Counted from the stretch's first letter, positions 14,014 to 23,523 are shown. The stretch: 32,000 bases of DNA from Prochlorococcus sp. MIT 0801 (GCF_000757865.1 NZ_CP007754.1:1020001-1052000); one strand, 5' to 3'. Program-made: numbers and translations. Notes: generated by a model not told the origin, from the sequence alone.

Positions 14014-14775
14014 ATGAAAGACCGGAAGGATTTAAAAGCCCTTATTTACCAAGTCGCAGCAGCAACAGATAGAGGTCAAAGGATGAACGCGATGATTGCT
14101 CCTATGTACCAAAATAAATTAGAAGAGATGAAGAAACTGGTTGAGGATCTACAGCCACTGTCAGATGAAATAACTCAGAGTTCTATTGAAGGTGAATGGG
14201 AGCTTATTTACTCATCAGTTGAGTTATTTAGAAGCTCTCCATTCTTTTTAGCCATTGAAAAGGCCTTAGACGACAAATCAAAAAGCGATTTATTTTTCAA
14301 GCTTCATCTTTTACAAGTAGGATCATTTGGTTTGTCAACAGTAGGCCGAGTAGGTCAATATCTCAATTTTACTAAAGGAGAAATGATCTCTACCTTTGAT
14401 ACTACGATCTTTGGTCTTACAACTATCCCTATCCTTGGTTGGTTCAAACTTTTGCCTACCTTTGGGGGGCGCGTCATAACGCTTGCTAACAAACTTCAGT
14501 TAAAAGACAACATACTTTCTATGGAGTTAGAGAAGACTAAGGTGTCAGAGGTTGATGGTCTGGGGAAAATCCCCTTTCTAGATAGCATTCTCATGGAAAG
14601 GTGGTATCCAGTTAAGACCGTATGGAAACTTCTACCATGGAATAAAGAAAATCCAAATTGTGAGATTAGCGTGATCTATGTGGACAAGGATTTAAGAATC
14701 ATCCGAGATATGCACGGAGCATTGTTTGTTTACATACGTCCATCAATACCTCTTCTTAAACAAACAACAATTTAG
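14014..14775 (+). CDS. PAP/fibrillin family protein (253 aa)
   Basis: GEWELIYSS together with the C-terminal IYVDKDLRIIRDMHGALFVYIRP are the classical fibrillin (plastid lipid-associated protein) motifs. Confidence 0.9.
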   Translation: MKDRKDLKALIYQVAAATDRGQRMNAMIAPMYQNKLEEMKKLVEDLQPLSDEITQSSIEGEWELIYSSVELFRSSPFFLAIEKALDDKSKSDLFFKLHLLQVGSFGLSTVGRVGQYLNFTKGEMISTFDTTIFGLTTIPILGWFKLLPTFGGRVITLANKLQLKDNILSMELEKTKVSEVDGLGKIPFLDSILMERWYPVKTVWKLLPWNKENPNCEISVIYVDKDLRIIRDMHGALFVYIRPSIPLLKQTTI

Positions 14776-14870
14776 TCAATATTTTTTTTAATATTCAATT
14801 GTTTGAAGCAGTCACTAAGAAATTGTTGTAGAAACTCTAAAGAAGAAAAAAACTCTCAATTTAAAAATAA

Positions 14871-16400
14871 ATGAGAAATCCTGAAGTAATAGTTATTGGA
14901 AGTGGTATTGGAGGTTTATGTTGCGGCGGACTACTTGCAAAAGCAGGTAAAAAGGTCCTAATTCTTGAAGCTCACTCAAAGCCAGGAGGTGCTGCTCATG
15001 GTTTTGAGAAAAATGGTTATAAATTTGAATCTGGTCCATCTCTTTGGAGTGGAATAGGTAGTTGGCCTACGACAAATCCTTTAGGTCAGGTCCTTAAAGC
15101 TCTTAACCAAAAAGTTGATTTATTTAAATATCAGGATTGGAATGTTCAAATTCCTGAGGGTGACTACACAAGTGGAGTTGGAGATAGACGTTTTCTTGAT
15201 CAGATCAATTCAATTAGCGGAAAAGATGCCATTAAAGAGTGGGAAAATTTTATTCAAGTTATTAAACCTATTGGTGCAGCAGCTAATGCAATTCCTTTAA
15301 TAGCGCTAAGTCAAAACAAGGAAACCGTTTTTCAGCTCTTAAAACGTAGTAAAACACTTCTCACACACTTGAAATCTTTTAAATATCTTGGAGGTGGTTT
15401 TGGAAATTTAGTTGATGACCATCTTAAAGATCCATTTTTAAGAAATTGGGTTGAATTACTTTGTTTTCTAATAAGTGGTTTATCTAAAGACGAAACAAAT
15501 GCAGCAGCTATGGCAACACTTTTTGATGATTGGTTTAAACCCGATGCCTACTTGGAATATCCAAAGGGAGGAAGTGAATCAATCGTTAAGGCACTATTGA
15601 ATGGGGTTTATTCATTTGGAGGGGATCTTCAACTAAATTCAAAAGTTATTCAGATAATAATAAAAAGGAATAAAGCAATCGGAATTGAATTGAAAAACGG
15701 TGAGAAAATATTTGCAGATCATATTGTTAGCAATGCAGATATTTGGAATACTGTTGAGTTAATACCAAAAGAGATATCCCAACAGTGGAGAGAGAAAAGG
15801 TCAAGGACTCCAAAATGTAAGTCATTTCTTCATCTACATCTTGGGTTTAATGCAGATGGACTGGAAGAAATTCCACTTCATTCAATATGGGTTAATGATT
15901 GGTCCAAGGGTATTACAGCCGAGAGAAATGTTGTAGTTCTCTCTATTCCATCGGCATTAGATCCAACAATGTCTCCACCAAATAAGCACATACTTCATGG
16001 GTATACACCTGCGAATGAACCGTGGGACAGATGGAAAGACCTTAAAGTTGGCACAAAAGAATATGAAAGTACAAAAGAAAAACGGTGCTCTGTCTTCTGG
16101 GAACCAATAAAAAAATTGGTACCTGATATAGAAGAAAGAATCGAAGTAAAAATGCTGGGGACACCACTTACACATCAACGTTTTTTAAATACAAAAAATG
16201 GAAGTTATGGACCAGCCTTATCAGCTGCAGAAGGGCTTTTTCCAGGAAATAAAACTCCAATTAAAAATCTATTGTTGTGTGGCTCAAGTACATTCCCAGG
16301 GATCGGAATACCACCTGTAGCAGCCAGTGGTGCCGTGGCCGCCAATACAATTCTTGGATCCAAATTTCAAAGAGATCTAATTGAAGAGCTAGGCATATAA
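14871..16400 (+). CDS. FAD-dependent oxidoreductase of the phytoene desaturase family, CrtH/CrtISO-like carotenoid isomerase (509 aa)
   Basis: N-terminal Rossmann motif VIVIGSGIGGLCCGGLLAKAGKKVLILEAHSKPGGAA. YPKGGSESIVKAL, GTPLTHQRFL and GSSTFPGIGIPPVAASG parallel cyanobacterial CrtH. Confidence 0.9.
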   Translation: MRNPEVIVIGSGIGGLCCGGLLAKAGKKVLILEAHSKPGGAAHGFEKNGYKFESGPSLWSGIGSWPTTNPLGQVLKALNQKVDLFKYQDWNVQIPEGDYTSGVGDRRFLDQINSISGKDAIKEWENFIQVIKPIGAAANAIPLIALSQNKETVFQLLKRSKTLLTHLKSFKYLGGGFGNLVDDHLKDPFLRNWVELLCFLISGLSKDETNAAAMATLFDDWFKPDAYLEYPKGGSESIVKALLNGVYSFGGDLQLNSKVIQIIIKRNKAIGIELKNGEKIFADHIVSNADIWNTVELIPKEISQQWREKRSRTPKCKSFLHLHLGFNADGLEEIPLHSIWVNDWSKGITAERNVVVLSIPSALDPTMSPPNKHILHGYTPANEPWDRWKDLKVGTKEYESTKEKRCSVFWEPIKKLVPDIEERIEVKMLGTPLTHQRFLNTKNGSYGPALSAAEGLFPGNKTPIKNLLLCGSSTFPGIGIPPVAASGAVAANTILGSKFQRDLIEELGI

Positions 16401-16442
16401 AAAACGCCTATGGTTACTAGATAATGTGAATATACAAATCAA

Positions 16443-16706
16443 ATGACCAACTCACTCAATAAAGCTTTTACAGGAGTAATTGCTCTTGCTCTGATTGTGA
16501 TAGCTGTAGGTCGTATCCCCTTTTCCAGAGAGAAAGAGCTTTCAAATTTATGCAGGGAATACTACACAATGTACCTTAATCAGAATGACTATTCATTAAA
16601 GGAAAAAAACGAAAAGATCAAAGTGATTGCTGATAAAACAGGTCTTAAAGCTGAGACAAACAATGTTGGTAATTTTTGTAATTCGTTCTATTTCAACCAA
16701 AGATAG
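16443..16706 (+). CDS. hypothetical N-terminally anchored protein with a Cys pair (87 aa)
   Basis: ORF track. The TM helix is GVIALALIVIAVG, followed by NLCREYY...NFCNSFY. Confidence 0.6.
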   Translation: MTNSLNKAFTGVIALALIVIAVGRIPFSREKELSNLCREYYTMYLNQNDYSLKEKNEKIKVIADKTGLKAETNNVGNFCNSFYFNQR

Positions 16707-17230
16707 ATTTTAAATAAACAAATTAGAAGGGTTGACCTGAAAAAATTTATTCAATTTTTAATAGGTACAAAAATATCAGTAATTCTATCGTAGATTTAGG
16801 ATCAATTAAGTAGTTAAATAGTATTAGTAGCGAGGAAAATCAAAAGAAGAAAGAAACTTAATCAAATGTCCTTGAAAAATTGATATTGCTAATGAAAGAA
16901 TCAAGGAATTAGAAACAATGATTAATCTTTTGGAAGGCGGCAAAGTAGCCAGCTTTTGGGACACTGAATGCTCCATAAATCCATCCTCTCCGAGTTGCCT
17001 TCTCTTTAATGATTAACCATCACTGGCTAAATCTCTAAGCCAACTCAAGCGAATAACTAAATATCAGAAACTCCTCAATTAGTCTTAGTAGGTAAGCAAA
17101 AAGGTATCAAAGGGCCTTAAAAATATTTGAAAGCACTTCAAAGATATGTTTCTTTATTTGGTGAAATCTACATTTTCGAACTCATGATTCATAAAAAAAT
17201 TTTATAGAGTTACAAAAATTTGTTGATAAA

Positions 17231-17791
17231 ATGCCTGAGCTAGAAAAAGTCGTTTCAACTAGTGACTTTGATGATTGGTTTTCATTGAACGACACTATTA
17301 TGGGTGGCTCAAGCAAGGCAGTTTGTAGAGCCTCCTCAAAAGGCCTCTCCGTAGAAGGTGTTGTAGTTGAGGAAAAAGGGGGTTTTGTTAGTTGCAAATC
17401 TCCAATATTTTCTCCTCCTCTAAATTTATCGCGTTATCAAGGTTTTGAATTAAAAATTGAAGGTAAAGGTCGAACTTTAAAATTTGGGGTTTCCTGTAAG
17501 TATGGAATTTTAGGCTTAAAAGAATTTTTCTTAAATAAGTCACCTGGTGGGCTCAGATGGGTAGCAGAAATAGATACAAAAAGATTTGGCACAACTATTA
17601 TCAAAGTTCCTTTTGAGAGTCTTGAACCAACTGTCCTTGCAAAAAAAATCTCGTTACCAATTGAATTCAAATCAAACTCTATAAGCCAATTTCAATTACT
17701 ACATTCTAAATTCGGTAGACCAGGTGAACTTAACCCTGGCTTTAAGCCTGGAAAGATAAGTTTTCTATTGCAATCAATTAGTGTTTATTAG
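17231..17791 (+). CDS. CIA30 (complex I intermediate-associated protein 30)-like domain protein (186 aa)
   Basis: FDDWFSLNDTIMGGSS...GGFVSC...YQGFELKIEGKGRTLKF matches the NDxVMGGxS / GGFxS pattern of CIA30 domains. Confidence 0.86.
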   Translation: MPELEKVVSTSDFDDWFSLNDTIMGGSSKAVCRASSKGLSVEGVVVEEKGGFVSCKSPIFSPPLNLSRYQGFELKIEGKGRTLKFGVSCKYGILGLKEFFLNKSPGGLRWVAEIDTKRFGTTIIKVPFESLEPTVLAKKISLPIEFKSNSISQFQLLHSKFGRPGELNPGFKPGKISFLLQSISVY

Positions 17792-17990
17792 CAATAACAT
17801 GAAGGCTTACAAACTTAGATATTTCTTATTTCTAAGGTCATACTGGACAACTTACGTTTAAAAGTATTTCTCAAGAAAAGGAACAGTAAAACAAATTAAA
17901 GCTAAAAAAAATATTTTATTGTTTATAATTTGATTAATTATATAACTTCCCTTTCAGGAGGGTGGAAAACTTAAATATATCAACAATAAT

Positions 17991-19445
17991 ATGAATAATA
18001 AAGACTTACCATCGATATGTGGATATGAATTTGCAATTAACGAATTAGTAAATAGGGATAGAGATAGTAGACAATTCAATGAAAATTTAAATTTCGAGAA
18101 AGTCAATTCAGGATTTGCATGTGCCCTCCATATGCATCAACCAACAATCCCAGCAGGTGAGAATGGAGAGCTCATTTCACATTTGCAATATATGTTTGAA
18201 CACACTTCAGAAGGAGATAATCACAATGCCGAACCATTTGCTCAATGCTATAAACGTCTAGCTGAAATCATTCCAAGCCTGATAAAAGATGGTCATGATC
18301 CGAAAATAATGCTTGATTATTCCGGAAATCTTCTATGGGGATTTGAACAGATGGGTCGCGAGGATATTCTATCCTCGTTGAAATTATTGACCTGTGATGA
18401 GACAGTTTATCCACATGTTGAATGGCTAGGAACCTTTTGGAGTCATGCTGTAGCCTCTTCAACACCACCTTCTGACTTTAAATTACAGATAACGGCTTGG
18501 CAACATCACTTTTCAGCATTGTTCGGAGAAGATGCATTACGTCGAGTAAGTGGATTTTCTCTTCCTGAGATGCATCTTCCAAACCATCCTGATGTTCTCT
18601 TTCAATTAATAAAAGCTCTTAAAGAATGCGGATATCGATGGGTAATGGTTCAAGAACACAGCGTTCAAAATCCTGATGGCTCAAGTCTCAGAGACGATCA
18701 GAAATATATTCCCAACATGCTCAAAGCTCAAGCAAGTAATGGAGACACCATCTCTATACTTTCACTAATAAAAACTCAAGGGTCAGATACTAAACTTGTT
18801 GGACAAATGCAGCCTTATTACGAGGCACTTGGTCTATGTAAACAAAATTTAGGTCAACATGTTATTCCTAAGCTGGTTTCCCAAATTGCTGATGGAGAAA
18901 ATGGCGGAGTTATGATGAACGAATTTCCTAAAGCTTTTATTCAGGCGTATAAAAGAATTGGCCCAAAAACAAATATAAGTCCAACAATTGCTATGAATGG
19001 ATCTGAATACCTCAACTACCTAGAGACTTTAAATGTAGATGAAGATACTTATCCATTGATACAAGCAATCGATCAACACAAAATATGGGAAAAAATATCC
19101 GGACCAATAACACCAACAACATTAAAAAAAGCAATTGAAGAATTAAAAGAGGAAGATCCATCTTTTTCTTTGAGTGGAGCTAGCTGGACTAACGACTTGA
19201 GTTGGGAAGATGGATACAATAATGTTTTAGAACCAATTTCTAAACTTAGTTCATATTTTCACGAAACATTTGACCATTTAGTAGTTCAGAATCCATCCCT
19301 TACAAAAAACCATAGCTATCAAAAAGCACTCCTATACCTTTTGCTATTAGAAACTAGCTGCTTTCGTTATTGGGGACAGGGGAAATGGACTGATTACGCT
19401 AAAACGATCTTCGAAAAAGGTAAAGAGGTTCTTAGAAACATATAA
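17991..19445 (+). CDS. glycoside hydrolase family 57 protein (484 aa)
   Basis: ALHMHQP N-terminal motif, GFSLPEMH (nucleophile Glu region), and a size typical of cyanobacterial GH57 proteins. Confidence 0.88.
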   Translation: MNNKDLPSICGYEFAINELVNRDRDSRQFNENLNFEKVNSGFACALHMHQPTIPAGENGELISHLQYMFEHTSEGDNHNAEPFAQCYKRLAEIIPSLIKDGHDPKIMLDYSGNLLWGFEQMGREDILSSLKLLTCDETVYPHVEWLGTFWSHAVASSTPPSDFKLQITAWQHHFSALFGEDALRRVSGFSLPEMHLPNHPDVLFQLIKALKECGYRWVMVQEHSVQNPDGSSLRDDQKYIPNMLKAQASNGDTISILSLIKTQGSDTKLVGQMQPYYEALGLCKQNLGQHVIPKLVSQIADGENGGVMMNEFPKAFIQAYKRIGPKTNISPTIAMNGSEYLNYLETLNVDEDTYPLIQAIDQHKIWEKISGPITPTTLKKAIEELKEEDPSFSLSGASWTNDLSWEDGYNNVLEPISKLSSYFHETFDHLVVQNPSLTKNHSYQKALLYLLLLETSCFRYWGQGKWTDYAKTIFEKGKEVLRNI

Positions 19446-19606
19446 ATTTGATCTAACTAAAGTTGACTTATTTTGTAAAGGCATCAATCAAAAAAAAGAA
19501 ATAACTAGCATAAATTAAATTTTTGCGTTAATGTCACCGATCAAGGCTTTAATGAAATGACTAGTACAAGTTTTGATAAAAATGGACTTGATAAAGCAGG
19601 TATTCA

Positions 19607-19810
19607 TTGGATGCAATATCTTTCAATGACATCAATGTCATTGCTTATATTTCTTATCGCCTTAGACAAAGCTGTTCCAAGCTTTCATCAATTTGTCTTA
19701 CTTTCAATGGCCAAAGCAGGAATTATATGCAATGGGATGGCTGGATAAAGCACTTTAAAAAATCAACTAATCTTGCCAGAGCATTTATACCAAGAAAGAA
19801 TTTCAAATAA
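19607..19810 (+). CDS. hypothetical protein (67 aa); frame is uncertain because it competes with ORF 19557..19748
   Basis: Its stop overlaps the next ATG in a TAATG junction, which suggests coupling. However, the other frame contains an in-frame internal peptide repeat. Confidence 0.3.
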   Translation: MDAISFNDINVIAYISYRLRQSCSKLSSICLTFNGQSRNYMQWDGWIKHFKKSTNLARAFIPRKNFK

Positions 19811-19944
19811 TGAAAGACAACTTCAATCCAGATAACGATGGTATTGATCCATCAGAGGAATACTTCCAAAAGAAAGGTGATAAATATGAAAATGAATCTG
19901 AAGAATATTTCCCTCAAGAGACTTCTAAGCCCCCTCATTATTAG
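19810..19944 (+). CDS. small acidic protein (44 aa)
   Basis: Hand translation MKDNFNPDNDGIDPSEEYFQKKGDKYENESEEYFPQETSKPPHY, with an EEYF repeat. Confidence 0.45.
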   Translation: MKDNFNPDNDGIDPSEEYFQKKGDKYENESEEYFPQETSKPPHY

Positions 19945-19989
19945 AGCAACTAAGGAAGGACTGATCTTAATTTAAAATCAACTAATTAT

Positions 19990-20163
19990 TTATTGCCTAT
20001 GTGGAATGAAAGTACCTTCTGGATAAAGTCTTGAGATCGCATTGAATCGCTTTGAGATATGACGTGCTTTATCAATGTTGACCTTTCGATTAAGTACTAA
20101 AACGTTATGAACCATCCACAGAAAAAAGCCAACAAGCCAATACCAAGATATGGGATGAGCCAA
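19990..20163 (-). CDS. small TM protein (57 aa from TTG; 41 aa from ATG at 20115)
   Basis: Hand translation (M)AHPISWYWLVGFFLWMVHNVLVLNRKVNIDKARHISKRFNAISRLYPEGTFIPHRQ. Confidence 0.4.
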   Translation of the reverse strand: MAHPISWYWLVGFFLWMVHNVLVLNRKVNIDKARHISKRFNAISRLYPEGTFIPHRQ

Positions 20164-20542
20164 AATTTTTAAATATGAACTATTTTAAGATGGCAATTTT
20201 GACAGTTTTTTTCATAAGTATTTAAACCTTTTGTTATTACCCCAACATAAAATTAGATTTTCAGAGAAGATTATTCAAAATTATTACTCATTTCACTACA
20301 TCAATAACATTGTTGGATTAGTTAGAGGAGTTAGACCTATTTATTAAAAATGGAAAGATTTGGAGTAAATGAAGCGACACTCATAGCCATTGAACTTATC
20401 CCTACAAGATTATTCATAGACTTTTCTACCATAATTGTTCACAGGATAAAGGAGTGTATTTAGGCCTCATATCGAGATTCTAAAAACTGATTGAACCATT
20501 GCAACAGCTAAAAGATTCTCTAGTGTTGTTTTTTAAAAAGGT

Positions 20543-20701
20543 CTAAAAATATGAGCTTTTCAAATGTCTCTCCATGCATATTGTTTGGCAGTCGTTCTCT
20601 TCAGCACTGCTAGATATAGAACAGTATGTAACACACTCAAGATAATCTTCAATTGGATCAACTTGTGCTTGGGACATTTTTTTAGCATCAATCGTATTCA
20701 T
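20543..20701 (-). CDS. small twin-CX3C protein (52 aa)
   Basis: Hand translation MNTIDAKKMSQAQVDPIEDYLECVTYCSISSSAEENDCQTICMERHLKSSYF. The composition is much more protein-like than the overlapping plus-strand ORF 20564..20770. Confidence 0.5.
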   Translation of the reverse strand: MNTIDAKKMSQAQVDPIEDYLECVTYCSISSSAEENDCQTICMERHLKSSYF

Positions 20702-20943
20702 AAATGTCTCCTACAATTAGGGTTAATCTATCCTTTCTTTTTATTTTTTTCTATCGGTATTACTTACTAACTTATAAGCATAAGAAATACTGATGCATGA
20801 ATCAAAATTCAAATAAAAAACCAATGGCGGAATTGGGATAAATCATCGAATTAATAGCTCACAATAATAGATATAAAAAATACACCGCATTAAACCAAGA
20901 AAAGTCTGGAGGTAACTCAATCAAATTTAAAATAACATTTTTG

Positions 20944-21123
20944 CTACTTTCTCAACTTTATTTTTATTCCTATTCTTTCTCTAATAGATTTTATCGGAAT
21001 CATATCTTTCATTTGATCATCAATTTGCTTTCTAATTAAATTTCTAACTAAATGGGAAAGCAAAACTAGAGTCAAAAGTGATAATAGAAGAGTCCCCAAT
21101 GCGATAAATGAATAAGCATCCAT
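20944..21123 (-). CDS. small TM protein with basic tail (59 aa); third gene of a micro-operon
   Basis: ATG at 21123 lies 1 nt after the upstream stop (21125-21127). Sequence: MDAYSFIALGTLLLSLLTLVLLSHLVRNLIRKQIDDQMKDMIPIKSIRERIGIKIKLRK. Confidence 0.55.
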   Translation of the reverse strand: MDAYSFIALGTLLLSLLTLVLLSHLVRNLIRKQIDDQMKDMIPIKSIRERIGIKIKLRK

Positions 21124-21124
21124 T

Positions 21125-21388
21125 TTAAAGTTCTCTATATATTGCCCATTCATCACCAACATCACTGACTTCAGAAAGTAAAGCAACAGCTATGTCGGAG
21201 TAATCAGAGCGTTTAACAATAATCTCTTTACCACCGACATATGGATCATTGAATTCGGATTTTGACCGGCTAGCCTCTAACTGTTCAGATGGTGTCAAAA
21301 CTTCAAGGATTTTAATCCATATCTCATCATCTGAAGCGAAAGGAGGAACAGCAAACTTGCTCGGGCCATTTTCTTTATTTTTATCCAT
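21125..21388 (-). CDS. acidic hypothetical protein (87 aa from ATG 21388); second gene of the micro-operon
   Basis: ORF track, trimmed to the Met located 4 nt after the upstream stop. Sequence: MDKNKENGPSKFAVPPFASDDEIWIKILEVLTPSEQLEASRSKSEFNDPYVGGKEIIVKRSDYSD. Confidence 0.6.
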   Translation of the reverse strand: MDKNKENGPSKFAVPPFASDDEIWIKILEVLTPSEQLEASRSKSEFNDPYVGGKEIIVKRSDYSDIAVALLSEVSDVGDEWAIYREL

Positions 21389-21392
21389 ATTT

Positions 21393-21596
21393 TTAATTCT
21401 CAGAATTAATCTCTTTGACTTCATTAATTAATCGCTGTTTTCGTTCAAGCGTAATAAATCCGAGAGATTCACACTCATTAATGTCTTGAATTGGATCAGA
21501 TAGTCCATCGTGTTTCTCTAGCCATCCCTCAGTGCATCCTTTACACGCTAATTCATTTAATTCACTAGCCAATGACTTTGCTTTCAAGCTATCCAT
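21393..21596 (-). CDS. small CxxC protein (67 aa); first gene of the micro-operon
   Basis: ORF track; ATG 21596 follows the TTG. Sequence: MDSLKAKSLASELNELACKGCTEGWLEKHDGLSDPIQDINECESLGFITLERKQRLINEVKE. Confidence 0.6.
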   Translation of the reverse strand: MDSLKAKSLASELNELACKGCTEGWLEKHDGLSDPIQDINECESLGFITLERKQRLINEVKEINSEN

Positions 21597-21760
21597 CAAT
21601 AAAAATTTAAATACTTCTTTCTCTCTAGCTTACAGTCATTCAATAACTCAAGGAAAAATTAATACGCTTTAATCAACAAAATTGAAAATTAAAAAAATTG
21701 TACCCTGTTAATAGATAAGTGGAATCAAAAAAACAAGAAGCAAAAGGTAAAGAAAGGAGC

Positions 21761-22006
21761 TTATGCAGCTTCCTTTTTTAATTCCCTATAAATAGAAATA
21801 TCTATAGGTCTATTCACATCGGATTGAAAATCAACAATGTCTTGATAAATCTCATAAGGTAAAGGATCCATTACGCATCTTGAATAACATTTGTTGTTGT
21901 CAATCTTTTTCAGTGAGAACCTGTTGCTTAGGCGTTTAAAGATAAACAATTTCACAATGCAACTTGAGTTAGTTATATCGTTAGAAGCTGCAATTGCAAT
22001 ACGCAA
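21761..22006 (-). CDS. hypothetical protein (81 aa from TTG; the only ATG gives 36 aa)
   Basis: ORF track. The stop codon sits in the loop of a terminator-like hairpin (about 21750-21775) with flanking A and T runs. Confidence 0.35.
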   Translation of the reverse strand: MRIAIAASNDITNSSCIVKLFIFKRLSNRFSLKKIDNNKCYSRCVMDPLPYEIYQDIVDFQSDVNRPIDISIYRELKKEAA

Positions 22007-22126
22007 AACTACTAACTTTCTCGATTAATTGAGTGAGTAGTTATTACTAATATTATTTTTGGTAGTAATTGCCACTTCATATCATTTTGTAAAAAGAGCA
22101 TTATCTAAATAGAGGATCAAACAAAA

Positions 22127-22288
22127 ATGACTTTATCTCCAAATGAGATGACTCCATACATAAGAAAAATTCAACAAAAGTTTGATGAAGCTCAATCTTT
22201 TTTAGTGAGAAATGGTTTTCACCAAGCTACAAAAGGTCTCTTACAAGATATCCAAGATGCTAACGGCATAGATAAAAAAACAAGATAA
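22127..22288 (+). CDS. small helical protein (53 aa)
   Basis: Hand translation MTLSPNEMTPYIRKIQQKFDEAQSFLVRNGFHQATKGLLQDIQDANGIDKKTR. Confidence 0.45.
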   Translation: MTLSPNEMTPYIRKIQQKFDEAQSFLVRNGFHQATKGLLQDIQDANGIDKKTR

Positions 22289-22450
22289 TATTCTCTTTGT
22301 ACGACGTAATCGAAGACAACAAAGCTTTAGAAAGTCAATTAAAATGGTAGGCATATACATCCTCTAATATTCACTTACCCCACCAAGTCAACAGAAATCA
22401 CTGTTTTAGACTTCAAGCTTAGCAATTTTTATTCAGAGTATTGCACTCAT

Positions 22451-22681
22451 ATGAATGCCCCAGAGCAACAGACGATGTTTAACAAGATGGCTGTTAAAAC
22501 TTTTTATATCGGTGAATGTATAGGAGGCCCTAAAAGAGCAACGGTTATGTTTGAAGGACCAGAGAATGTTTTATATAATATTTTTCCCAGTCCGGAAACA
22601 AAGCCTATTGTTGGAGCCTATTGTCATATTTATGAAGGAACAAAAATTATAAGATTGATAAACAATAGTCCAAACTGCTAA
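22451..22681 (+). CDS. hypothetical protein (76 aa)
   Basis: ORF track. Balanced composition: KTFYIGECIGGPKRATVMFEGPENVLYNIFPSPETKPIVGAYCHIYEG. Confidence 0.6.
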   Translation: MNAPEQQTMFNKMAVKTFYIGECIGGPKRATVMFEGPENVLYNIFPSPETKPIVGAYCHIYEGTKIIRLINNSPNC

Positions 22682-22701
22682 TTTCCCCGTGTTGAAATTT
22701 C

Positions 22702-22851
22702 TTATAAAATCGTATCTGGAATCATAGGTATTGAATGTTTTTTGCCGTCTGGGCTTACATAGATTTTCTCTTTACCATATTCTGTATCAACGATTTCTTC
22801 AAAATGAGTCCCCTCTGGAAGATGTAAAAAATATTTTTGTGCTCTGTTCAT
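22702..22851 (-). CDS. small soluble protein (49 aa)
   Basis: Hand translation MNRAQKYFLHLPEGTHFEEIVDTEYGKEKIYVSPDGKKHSIPMIPDTIL. Confidence 0.5.
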   Translation of the reverse strand: MNRAQKYFLHLPEGTHFEEIVDTEYGKEKIYVSPDGKKHSIPMIPDTIL

Positions 22852-22931
22852 TTTATTAATGCAGCTATTTAAAAATAACTAGGATATTTCTCAACGACAA
22901 CAAATTGATTGTTTTATGAAAGTTTTGTTAG

Positions 22932-23264
22932 CTAACTATTTAATATTTCTAAATCAGTTAATAATTTTCCCACTCTAGTTCCATTAACTCCTAGATCTCC
23001 ACCACCATATCTTGATGCCGATTTGATTTGAATCTTCTTACCGATTTTTAAAATCTCTAAGTCATCTGGAAATCTGAAAATCAAACTACGACAAACCGCT
23101 TTCCAATAATTTTCATTACTCTCTAAAACATTGGTTCTAGGAAAATTCTGAGCAATCGAGACAAGTTGATCAAAGGTCCTGTCAACGTCCTCAAATTCTT
23201 TCTGAAAGAAAACACAATTCAGAGGGTTAAAACATGGACTAAGACCTGATTTAGTGTCTGTCAT
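22932..23264 (-). CDS. DUF1499-like protein (110 aa)
   Basis: FRFPDDLEI...IKSASRYGGGDLGVNGTRV resembles the DUF1499 signature (RxGxSDxGxNRxR). Confidence 0.75.
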   Translation of the reverse strand: MTDTKSGLSPCFNPLNCVFFQKEFEDVDRTFDQLVSIAQNFPRTNVLESNENYWKAVCRSLIFRFPDDLEILKIGKKIQIKSASRYGGGDLGVNGTRVGKLLTDLEILNS

Positions 23265-23523
23265 ATTTCCTATGAGTTCACATATTGATCATGACAAAAA
23301 GTTTAACCTCCCTGTGGTCTTGTTTTTCCTAAATTTATTACTCACTGATGTCTAGTTCTCCCTACATAAAATACCCACGCAAAAAATATTCTTAGATTAT
23401 ATTTGTATAAAAATTTCCAGAATGAAACGGTTAGATAAAACAGGGATGATGCTTATTGTATTCAGTGTGGCATCGACACTTCCTTATCAGTTTCATTATC
23501 TTTCTTCTATGAGTTAAATCAAG

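Noticed and set aside
16879-17016. Small plus-strand ORF (KIDIANERIKELETMINLLEGGKVASFWDTECSINPSSPSCLLFND)
   Set aside because: The only ATG gives 32 aa, and the conserved-looking upstream part has no usable start codon. Support is insufficient.
15115-18468. ORFs 15115..15300, 15957..16178, 17182..17397, 17437..17670 and 18268..18468
   Set aside because: Internal or antisense to the CrtH-like, CIA30 and GH57 genes.
20350-20463. 37-aa plus-strand ORF (MERFGVNEATLIAIELIPTRLFIDFSTIIVHRIKECI), and the 31-aa ORF at 23422..23517
   Set aside because: They are short, have no coupling, terminator or paralog support, and are indistinguishable from chance ORFs.
20564-21431. ORFs 20564..20770 (+) and 21249..21431 (+)
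   Set aside because: Opposite-strand shadows of the twin-CX3C ORF and of the three-gene minus-strand micro-operon.
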